Shown here piece by piece: positions 40,111 through 47,995 of a stretch of 62,496 nt of DNA; the stretch's first letter is position 1, and the number at the start of each line of letters is the position of its first letter. Under the pieces are notes generated by a model. That model did no database searches. It was not told the DNA's origin and saw only the letters and a list, made by a program, of their open reading frames with translations. Source of the stretch: a virus. Its lineage: Duplodnaviria > Caudoviricetes. The stretch spans positions 1-62,496 of IMG/VR virus record IMGVR_UViG_3300025773_000007; one strand, 5' to 3'. The position numbers and the translations under genes are program-made.

Positions 40111-41031
40111 TCACTTATTGCCAAAAGATCCTGGTAGATTCTTTGGAATGTTTACACTAGTTCTAAAACTCATTAAGTTTTCGTCGATTATAAAACCAAG
40201 TTCTAGCTCAGTTTTTTCTTCCATAATTGTATATTGGTTAAATCTTAAAAAACTATTACCCCAGTGACGTTCAATCGAAGGACGATACAAATTTAAACGA
40301 GAGCCGTTAGATACTATATAAGGCTTGACCCATATACTATCGATTCTAGTAGATTTTTTGAATACGTTACGTTGTTCTAATATACCTTCGGGGTAATTGT
40401 AAAAATCCCAAGGACCAAAATTAAGCCAATCATTATGGTCGTCTGGTATTACATCCTCGACAATAGTTTGCCCAGTTTGCATTGCTTCTTCAAATGTAGA
40501 ACCTAAAGAATGTATATAGTTTATAGAATCAACATTGTCGCTATCATAAAATTTAAATTCAAATCCAAAACTATCAGGTACTAGTTTACCATCAGGCTTG
40601 AGCCATTTTTTAACATCGTTTAATGTATGCAGACACATTTCGTCTAATAAAAATGGTCCAAAAATTTCATGAATAATTACATCTACCTGTTCAGGCAACT
40701 CTAGTGCCCAACTGGCAGATTCTATAATTTCAAGATTATCTAATTTTTCTTCGTCTTTTAATTTTTGCAATACTTGTACGGCTACTGGATTTGCTTCGAC
40801 AGCATACACTTTACTAGCGCCTGCTCGGATAGCATACAAAGATAGTAAACCTAATCCTGCACCGATATCTAACACAACTTTTCCCTTGCAAGAATGTTTG
40901 ATAGACTTTTCGTAGAATAAATTTCTAGTCTTATCTGTCATTAATCCTCGATACGAGCCAACACCTGTGTAATAGGCTTGTATTTGCCCCATTCTAAAAT
41001 TTTGAAAATCTTCTAGTTGTTCTTTATTCAT
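40111..41031 (-). CDS. SAM-dependent methyltransferase, protein arginine methyltransferase (PRMT)-like
   Basis: LMTDKTRN..Y, VVLDIGAGLGLLS, VYAVE, VDVIIHEIFGPFLLDE (double-E loop), LKPDG.LVP and a late RHW (THW-loop equivalent). Confidence 0.85.
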   Translation of the reverse strand: MNKEQLEDFQNFRMGQIQAYYTGVGSYRGLMTDKTRNLFYEKSIKHSCKGKVVLDIGAGLGLLSLYAIRAGASKVYAVEANPVAVQVLQKLKDEEKLDNLEIIESASWALELPEQVDVIIHEIFGPFLLDEMCLHTLNDVKKWLKPDGKLVPDSFGFEFKFYDSDNVDSINYIHSLGSTFEEAMQTGQTIVEDVIPDDHNDWLNFGPWDFYNYPEGILEQRNVFKKSTRIDSIWVKPYIVSNGSRLNLYRPSIERHWGNSFLRFNQYTIMEEKTELELGFIIDENLMSFRTSVNIPKNLPGSFGNK

Positions 41032-41639
41032 TTTAAGTCCACATTAAAAGCGATACATCTTCGTTCGCCGTCACCCTTGAAAGGATAAACTGTATGCATT
41101 ATATATGCCGGAAATATGTACATATCCCCTACTCTTGGACAAATTGCTCTTGGGCCAAGATTTTGTAAACTAGGAACATGAAAATTGCCAAATATAAAAT
41201 GCAAACAACCATCCAAGCCGTTATTACCATTTTTTTGTATAGTGTTGTATGAGTCTTGAATTTGTTTTGGAACTTTAAGATATAAAATACCACTGAGTAA
41301 TGCATCGTGTGTATGTACTGGATTATAGTCACCGGCATATTGACTAACAATCCAAGATTTTCTAACTTCTAAATGCCTAGCTTCTATGTTTCTAAAAAAT
41401 GGATCATAACTAGATTTTAAATAATCCACAACATATGGTAGTACATCAAACGATTCTGAAAACTCAAATTCTCGTTGTTCGCCTTCTTGTATTAGCCCAG
41501 CTAAAATAGGGCTCATGTCTGCACCTGTTTTAAGGTATTCGTCAGACTCTTTTAATAAACTATCTATTTCAGTTTGTTTTAATTTGGCCTTTAAAATATC
41601 TAAGGACCAAAGTTTACTAATCTCAGCAAATCTAGCCAT
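41028..41639 (-). CDS. Putative 2OG-Fe(II) oxygenase
   Basis: WIVSQYAGDYNPVHTH...LSGILYLKVP...GDMYIFPAYIMHTVYPF...RRCIAFN. Confidence 0.88.
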   Translation of the reverse strand: MARFAEISKLWSLDILKAKLKQTEIDSLLKESDEYLKTGADMSPILAGLIQEGEQREFEFSESFDVLPYVVDYLKSSYDPFFRNIEARHLEVRKSWIVSQYAGDYNPVHTHDALLSGILYLKVPKQIQDSYNTIQKNGNNGLDGCLHFIFGNFHVPSLQNLGPRAICPRVGDMYIFPAYIMHTVYPFKGDGERRCIAFNVDLK

Positions 41640-42252
41640 TTAATAATTCCTTTTTAATTAATTGCTTTAAGGACGAACGCATAGTATTGAAACTAATTGT
41701 AATTCTTTCTTTAGTTTTGTTTCTTTCTGTATAATGTAATAACCAGCTAGGAAATAATACTAGCATTCCGGGCTGACATGGAAATTCTATTTGTCCAGCG
41801 CCGTATGTTGTTTCTTTAGCTAGTATGTCGTTCATTTTAAAAGGGCGAAGCGGAGTTTCAAAAAACAAACTACAACTACCAGATTCTGCATATGGGTAAA
41901 ATGCTCCGCTTATAACACTACCTTCATGTCTGTGAGGAGTTACTTTACCATCTTGTCCAATGATATTAAACCAACTATCAGTGACCACACAAGTCTCTAA
42001 CCCAGTTTTATCAGTATAAGTATCTAGGGCAATTTGTACGTCTGTAAAAAAATCAGATAATTCAGGAACATTTTTTAAATTCTGGTCAGCACCGCCGTAA
42101 CTAGATTGGCCGTTTACGACTAATACATGCTCACGAGTATTCATAGACCGTATTGTATTAACTAGTGTTGAATTGGTATGTTTGGTAAAATCAAAACCTA
42201 TAACAATAGTTGGAAATAATTCGTAAACTTTATGATTTATTTTCTTTTCCAT
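41632..42252 (-). CDS. Putative 2OG-Fe(II) oxygenase (TIGR02466-like)
   Basis: SWFN...PHRH..SVISGAFY...GMLVLFPSWLLHYT...RITISFN. Confidence 0.88.
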   Translation of the reverse strand: MEKKINHKVYELFPTIVIGFDFTKHTNSTLVNTIRSMNTREHVLVVNGQSSYGGADQNLKNVPELSDFFTDVQIALDTYTDKTGLETCVVTDSWFNIIGQDGKVTPHRHEGSVISGAFYPYAESGSCSLFFETPLRPFKMNDILAKETTYGAGQIEFPCQPGMLVLFPSWLLHYTERNKTKERITISFNTMRSSLKQLIKKELLNG

Positions 42253-42791
42253 ACTGTATTCAATGTTAACCTATATTGATCGGCTTCTAATGGCGGTTGT
42301 GTACCTACATGCGGAATAATACTATCAAACATAGCAACTCTTCCGGGAACAAAATCCGATACAAATTCAATATCAGATAAATCATTAGTTCTCCATACTG
42401 TGGGACAGTGCCAGTTTACATTCCAAGAGACATTTAAATAATAAAGAACACTAACAAAGCCTTCAGTTCTTGAATCGCTATGATAGCGAAGTCGATCAAT
42501 TGGTGTTGCTAAATTCATCCATGACCTGCTAAACTCGTAGTCTTTTAGCTGATCAGTAACGACTTTCATACCGGGTAAACTAAACAATCCAAATGATTTT
42601 AAACTTTCTTCGGTCCATAGAGATTTAATTAAAAAACTGGCTTTTTGATCTGTTAGTAGTGTATCAAAACCGGTCGAAATCATAAACGGAATTTGTCTTA
42701 TTTGCTCAAACAAACTGCAACGTTCGTGATAACTTAATAAATTATCATAAAGTTTAATGCTATGTCCAGATTGTGTAGTATGTTCTTTCAT
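42237..42791 (-). CDS. 2OG-Fe(II) oxygenase
   Basis: YHSD...SVLYYLN..W...PGRVAMFDSIIPH...RLTLN. Confidence 0.82.
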   Translation of the reverse strand: MKEHTTQSGHSIKLYDNLLSYHERCSLFEQIRQIPFMISTGFDTLLTDQKASFLIKSLWTEESLKSFGLFSLPGMKVVTDQLKDYEFSRSWMNLATPIDRLRYHSDSRTEGFVSVLYYLNVSWNVNWHCPTVWRTNDLSDIEFVSDFVPGRVAMFDSIIPHVGTQPPLEADQYRLTLNTVWKRK

Positions 42792-43363
42792 ATAAAATTA
42801 AAAGCAATTGATATTCTAGCATCATTTTTATCAGTTGTCAAGTTCTGTCCTACACTATGACGAACCCAACTAGGAAATATTACCAATTTTGATTCTTCTG
42901 GCTCTAGCATCAATGCCTGAGCGGTATATTCATTTTCTTGTTCAAAAAATTGGAGGAAAAATTCACTATCGTCTTGTCTTTCTAAAATAAGATCACCACA
43001 ATTTACAGGACATTTTACATAATAGGTACAACTAAAAAATGACAAAGTATGATTGTGAGATATATTATAATTGTTTCGATTGTTTACATTGAACCAATAA
43101 TTAGATAACTTAGGAATCCTGCTATTTCCAAATTTTTCATATATAACTTTTAATCTGCCTTGTATTTCAGCAATTAGTTTTTCGGTAACAGGTCCAACAG
43201 GTTTAGATAACGGGCGACTTTGCCACCCTCCATTATTGCTTACTTGTATAGGTGTATTTTTTTCAGAATAAATTTTTCTGCATTCTTCAATCAACTGAGC
43301 ATTGTCTATATTTGTAATATAGTCTTCGTATATTTCTGTTGGGAATAAAAATGCACTTTTCAT
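42788..43363 (-). CDS. Putative 2OG-Fe(II) oxygenase (TIGR02466-like)
   Basis: SNNGGWQS, WFNVN...SHNH...SCTYYV, FPSWVRHSV...RISIAFN. Confidence 0.88.
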   Translation of the reverse strand: MKSAFLFPTEIYEDYITNIDNAQLIEECRKIYSEKNTPIQVSNNGGWQSRPLSKPVGPVTEKLIAEIQGRLKVIYEKFGNSRIPKLSNYWFNVNNRNNYNISHNHTLSFFSCTYYVKCPVNCGDLILERQDDSEFFLQFFEQENEYTAQALMLEPEESKLVIFPSWVRHSVGQNLTTDKNDARISIAFNFI

Positions 43364-44805
43364 CGTAATATACTATCAATAAATTTTCTATGATCTACAG
43401 CCCTAGTGAGATCTTGTGCCCTACGCTGTCTAATAGAGTAGGATTCTTGCCTAGCACGTTCTAATAAATTTCTTTGTGTTAATATTTTCTTTATTTTATC
43501 TCTATTGCATTTTTTAAGACCTACTGCAACTCTTGTAAAATTTCCAAAACTAAACATTACACCTAAACTATCATAAAATGTTAAAAAATCCATTTGAGCT
43601 TTTTCATCTAGATCTGCAACTATGCTTGGAGTATTATTGGTCATATAACGCCAAAACTCGCTATCTGTTCTCTTTGTAGTATAACAGAATCTCAAATACA
43701 AGTATACATTTTCATAAAATTCTTGCATAATTTTATTGTAATTAATTCTATCTAAACTACAATAACCTAAACTGTTTAAATGTACAAACTGCCTAACTTG
43801 CTCAACTGTGTGATGTATGTTTGTTGCTTCTAATGGTTCTGTGAATCCGCTTGCTAGTCCAACAGCAATACAATTTCCAACCCATTGATCCTTCCAGTAT
43901 CCGCTTTTAAAAGATAGTACACGGCTAGTGTTGGTTAAATCTTTTTGATAAGTTTGTTTAGTCCACTGAGAAAATTTACTAAATGCTTCATCGTCGGATG
44001 TAAATTCGCTAGAATACAAATAACCTGCTCCCCAACGATTGCTTAACGGTACTTGTAGTATCCACCCATCTGCGCTTGCTTCTGACGTTGTATAAGGAGG
44101 TTGTTTTGTAAATTCATATTCAACTGGATTAGGAATACAGCGGTCGATTGGCAACCAATCACTTTTGTCAACCCACTCTGTATTCATGTGTTTCATCAGT
44201 ACAGTTTGAAATCCGCTAGCATCTATATAAAAATCAGCTGATAATTTACGCCCGTCATTTAGTACTATATGATCTATATTTTCATTATTCTTTACTACTG
44301 AGTCTACAACACCGTCTGTAATAGTTAATTCATTTCGAAATTTATTTTCAATATAACGACTAAACAATACAGCATCTATATGTAGTGCTTGTCCTGCATT
44401 TGGATCTCCAGGAATTAATCCATTGTCCATATATGCGGCATTATACGAAGTATCTGAATCATACTGGTTGTGTGCAATGTCATAAGCAGCTACTAAATTG
44501 TAGTAACTGTCTTGATACTGGCTAAAATTATGATAATAATGTTTACCATCATTTAACCAATTTTTAAATTTAAGTCCTAATTTAACAGTGGCATTAACAT
44601 TTTTAATTAGTTCTTCTCTTGTAATTCCTACAAGATCTAAATATTCATAAATTACAGGAGTAAGACTTTCCCCAACACCAATTCCAGGTTTGCTGTGGTC
44701 ATATACTAGTGTAACATCTACATTAGATTTCCAATATTTTTTAATATAAGTGGCGGCCATAATACCTGCGGTACCCCCACCTACAACTAAAATTTTATAA
44801 GTCAT
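43360..44805 (-). CDS. Flavin-dependent halogenase-family protein (PrnA-like) with variant WxWxIP motif
   Basis: GGGTAG, GVGESLTP, ATVKLGLKF, YIDASGF, GWILQVP, GFTEPLEATNI. Confidence 0.9.
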   Translation of the reverse strand: MTYKILVVGGGTAGIMAATYIKKYWKSNVDVTLVYDHSKPGIGVGESLTPVIYEYLDLVGITREELIKNVNATVKLGLKFKNWLNDGKHYYHNFSQYQDSYYNLVAAYDIAHNQYDSDTSYNAAYMDNGLIPGDPNAGQALHIDAVLFSRYIENKFRNELTITDGVVDSVVKNNENIDHIVLNDGRKLSADFYIDASGFQTVLMKHMNTEWVDKSDWLPIDRCIPNPVEYEFTKQPPYTTSEASADGWILQVPLSNRWGAGYLYSSEFTSDDEAFSKFSQWTKQTYQKDLTNTSRVLSFKSGYWKDQWVGNCIAVGLASGFTEPLEATNIHHTVEQVRQFVHLNSLGYCSLDRINYNKIMQEFYENVYLYLRFCYTTKRTDSEFWRYMTNNTPSIVADLDEKAQMDFLTFYDSLGVMFSFGNFTRVAVGLKKCNRDKIKKILTQRNLLERARQESYSIRQRRAQDLTRAVDHRKFIDSILR

Positions 44806-45398
44806 TTAGTTAAAGCAAACCACGAAGACAATATATACTTGGTGTCTTTAAGTGGAGGATTGCCCCTGTGTGTATGCGTAAACGAACTAGGAAATATAAC
44901 AACAGTCCCTTGACGAGGAGGAATTCTCACACTTTGATGAATGAATTCTGTTTCGCCACCGTCATTGATGTCGTTCAAATAGATAATAATACTTAAAAGT
45001 CGATTGGCTTCTTGTATACTGTTTTGTTCATGATGCCACATATGATAACCTTGACCAGGTTTTGTACGCTGTATCTTAAATGGCAATATTTGTAAATTTT
45101 TAGCAAGATGACTAACACCATTTACCGTGTCTGCATACATGGCAATACATTTAGTTACCGCTTGTATTGCAGGACCAGCTAACTGTCCATTAGTCAACAT
45201 TCGATTAGTGTCTAGTTCTTCTCCTAGATAGTATTGTTGATCGTCCTTGGCACTGATAGGAACTTGGTCTACTTCTTGTCTGTTAATAGTTAAATCGTAA
45301 CCATTTAAATATTCAAAGTAAGAACAAACTTTATTACAATACTCTTTTGATAGCTCATTAGGAAAAACTCCAATTAAATTTTCTATAGTCGATGTCAT
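44802..45398 (-). CDS. Prolyl-4-hydroxylase-like 2OG-Fe(II) oxygenase
   Basis: KIQRTKPGQGYHMWHHE...IIYLND..DGGETEF...GTVVIFPSSFTHTHRGNPP...KYI. Confidence 0.9.
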   Translation of the reverse strand: MTSTIENLIGVFPNELSKEYCNKVCSYFEYLNGYDLTINRQEVDQVPISAKDDQQYYLGEELDTNRMLTNGQLAGPAIQAVTKCIAMYADTVNGVSHLAKNLQILPFKIQRTKPGQGYHMWHHEQNSIQEANRLLSIIIYLNDINDGGETEFIHQSVRIPPRQGTVVIFPSSFTHTHRGNPPLKDTKYILSSWFALTK

Positions 45399-46012
45399 TC
45401 GTTATCCTCGTAATGCGAACTAACGCTATTTTTTCCAAGATTACGAACATTAAAATTATAAGCAACACTGATTCGTTCGTCGTCAGTTAAATTATTAGGC
45501 GTAGTACCATGTATTGTACTACTTCTAAACACAATACACAACCCCTCTTCCGGATCTATGCAAGTTTGGGTACTATTATCCACAGTTGGCCCAGCATGAT
45601 CCGGATCAATTGAATGCATTTGAGGGCATGGATGCATAAACATCAGTTGTCCACTACCTTTTGGTGCTCGGGGATAGTATACAGCACTGATGAAACTGTT
45701 TGAATGGCCATGTGGAGGATGAGTAGTAGCTGTGGCTGTACTAATGTTGGCCCAACTATCCGCAATATACAGCTCATTAAACTCTATATCGTATCCACAT
45801 TCTTTTACAAAATCAAATACAGCACTTTTTACAAAATAATTTACTTTTTCAAATTCTTTAAATTTATGAACACCTGTTTTAGTTTGAAAAAAGTTAGAGC
45901 TACTAGTTAATAATTTGTCTTTGACAACTTCTTTAACATCAGCATGTATGGAAAAATCTAGATTATTATAAAACCCTACGGTAGTAGGGAACATACGAAC
46001 AATTTCTTTCAT
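45395..46012 (-). CDS. Putative 2OG-Fe(II) oxygenase (TIGR02466-like)
   Basis: SWAN...PHGHSNSFISAVYYP...VFRSSTIHGT...RISVAYN. Confidence 0.88.
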   Translation of the reverse strand: MKEIVRMFPTTVGFYNNLDFSIHADVKEVVKDKLLTSSSNFFQTKTGVHKFKEFEKVNYFVKSAVFDFVKECGYDIEFNELYIADSWANISTATATTHPPHGHSNSFISAVYYPRAPKGSGQLMFMHPCPQMHSIDPDHAGPTVDNSTQTCIDPEEGLCIVFRSSTIHGTTPNNLTDDERISVAYNFNVRNLGKNSVSSHYEDNE

Positions 46013-46458
46013 ATCAACTCCACTAAGTCGAATACAGTTTGAAGTTTTGTACGTATTGTTTTGCTCGAAAAGCTATTACGCAGACCTTGGTGTAAGGGTT
46101 TAGGCGCACGGTCGATAGTTGCCCATGCCCAAGCAATGTGTTCATCACTTAGTTCAGGAACAAATTCTTTTTCTATAACACAGAGATAGGTATGAAAGTT
46201 AAACACTTTATCATTTGATACAAATGTTTCTAACGGAATTGTTTTTAAGATTTTTGGTATTGTACCAATTTCCTCAGCAATTTCTCGTTGTAAGCCCTGC
46301 CATGGAGTTTCGCCAGTGATATTAGTACCACCAACTAAACCCCAAGTTCCTTCATGCTTGCCATGTGCTTTTTGTAACAGTAAGAATCTTCGTGTAGATT
46401 TGGCGTAGAACAATGCTCCGCTACAAACTATCGATTCTTTTACAAGACTAGACTCCAT
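46009..46458 (-). CDS. NUDIX hydrolase
   Basis: Nudix box G-x5-E-x7-REIAEEIG preceded by GTWGLVG. Also LSDEH..WAW. Confidence 0.92.
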   Translation of the reverse strand: MESSLVKESIVCSGALFYAKSTRRFLLLQKAHGKHEGTWGLVGGTNITGETPWQGLQREIAEEIGTIPKILKTIPLETFVSNDKVFNFHTYLCVIEKEFVPELSDEHIAWAWATIDRAPKPLHQGLRNSFSSKTIRTKLQTVFDLVELI

Positions 46459-47945
46459 TGACCTGATGTATATACACCCTCAAAACTCTTTGCCCAGGAA
46501 ACTCCGTTCCACAGGTATTGTACTCCAGTGTATATATTCGTTTGCCACACTAAGGTGTCTTTGTCTTGGTTTGCGTGGAAAACTACAGTCCATGTTTCCC
46601 CTGTCCACTCGATGATGTCGTTTACTTCTGCTACGAAATCATGTCCATAGATGTCCTGCCATGCACTAGCACCTTTGCCTGGTGCATTGTGTGTACTACC
46701 TATTTCGTCAATTATCAAGTATCGTGTGCCCACAGCAATAGGCTGATCTGTATCTTGTTTTTGAGGACGTTTTGGATTAAATGATTGTGGATTTATAATA
46801 GCATCAAATGTGCCAGGACTATTAGGTCTATAGCAATGTGATAAATCGTAACCTAATTCGTGATCTAGTAAACCCGCACTATCAATTCCTGTGTTAGATG
46901 TAAGTGTATCAGGATTCCATTGAACATGCATGATTGTATAGTTCAACGGATCGATAGCCACAGTACCTACAATTTGACTACCATTTGCTTGTGTTAAAAA
47001 TAGTCTACTTGAACCTGCAACATATTTTCCAGGGTATTGTTGCATAATGGCCATCCAGTCTACTGGTGTGCCTTGACGTTCTGGAATATCTAATGTAGGC
47101 TCCAATGGAACTGTACTTTCGTGTGGCTCTAATAAAATAGCTTGATTGTTGTATACTTCTAATTTATAACCAGTAATACTGATAGTCAATTCGTCAAATT
47201 GATTTTGAAAAGTTGTAGTCGATCCTAATGGGTCGCTTGATGAACCTAACCCTTCAATATAAGTTCCGCTATTAACAGCAGAACCATGCATGTTATTAAT
47301 AATTTTTGTAATAACACCCAAATGTTTGACCTTAACTGGCGGATTAATCCATATAGGAGTATCTAGTGTTATGGTAGCAATGTCAATTGGTGTGTCATTG
47401 CCTACAGGAACTGTTCGACTATCCCAGTTAATATCATTTAAGTTTAATACAGTTAAACTGGTCCAGTCAATATAATTGTCTGTAGTTTGTAGTTCTAGAC
47501 TAGGATTGAACAAGACTAAAATCTGTTCAAGTATTTGTAATTTTTGATCTGTATTGGCACTCCAAATATCGCACTTCATAGTAAGTTTGAATGGTGTTGG
47601 CATCAAACGTTCAATGGTATAATTTTTACCTTGTTCAGGCAAGTATTTGTTAGTGCGAGGATCTATAGCACGTTCGCGAATATTAACTGTATCTACAAAA
47701 GTTTGATCAGCTAGTCTATCTCGATCCAATGCTAGAGCTGTAACATAGATACTGATACGTGGAACAGAGTTTACAATATTTTCACTGTTTTGTCTAATAA
47801 TGCTAGCTACTTGACGTTCAGCATCTCCATACATTACAGGTATACGATGTAAACTACCGTCACCGTATTTTACCACAAAATTACTAAACGCACGAATAGT
47901 CTGCGTAATATATCGTCTGATTTGCGCATCGTAGAAGAATTGTAT
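46440..47945 (-). CDS. gp15: Tail sheath stabiliser / tail terminator (T4 gp15-like) with C-terminal extension; anomalous start
   Basis: The frame extends upstream of the track's GTG (47876) as IQFFYDAQIRRYITQTIRAFSNF, resembling the gp15 N-terminus (FY...RRY...FSN). Also IPVMYG, PRIS, PTPF.L, QILEQILVLFNP. The nearest upstream in-frame ATG (47996) is followed by an in-frame TAA at 47963-47961. Confidence 0.82.
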   Translation of the reverse strand: MQFFYDAQIRRYITQTIRAFSNFVVKYGDGSLHRIPVMYGDAERQVASIIRQNSENIVNSVPRISIYVTALALDRDRLADQTFVDTVNIRERAIDPRTNKYLPEQGKNYTIERLMPTPFKLTMKCDIWSANTDQKLQILEQILVLFNPSLELQTTDNYIDWTSLTVLNLNDINWDSRTVPVGNDTPIDIATITLDTPIWINPPVKVKHLGVITKIINNMHGSAVNSGTYIEGLGSSSDPLGSTTTFQNQFDELTISITGYKLEVYNNQAILLEPHESTVPLEPTLDIPERQGTPVDWMAIMQQYPGKYVAGSSRLFLTQANGSQIVGTVAIDPLNYTIMHVQWNPDTLTSNTGIDSAGLLDHELGYDLSHCYRPNSPGTFDAIINPQSFNPKRPQKQDTDQPIAVGTRYLIIDEIGSTHNAPGKGASAWQDIYGHDFVAEVNDIIEWTGETWTVVFHANQDKDTLVWQTNIYTGVQYLWNGVSWAKSFEGVYTSGQWSLVL

Positions 47946-47995
47946 AATAGTACAACGGCGTTAAACCGAAGCCTCCTTGTTTATATAGATGTGCA

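Noticed and set aside
34573-46012. Bacterial secondary-metabolite or RiPP cluster, or a DNA hypermodification locus
   Set aside because: No scaffold synthase, precursor peptide, transporter, DNA methylase, TET/JBP-type or nucleotide-kinase gene is recognisable. The genes are embedded in phage structural operons.
47961-47963. Genome-wide stop-codon reassignment as the explanation for the in-frame TAA
   Set aside because: TAA is the commonest true stop in this window, TGA and TAG also end genes, and ORFs up to 9.6 kb are intact in the standard code.
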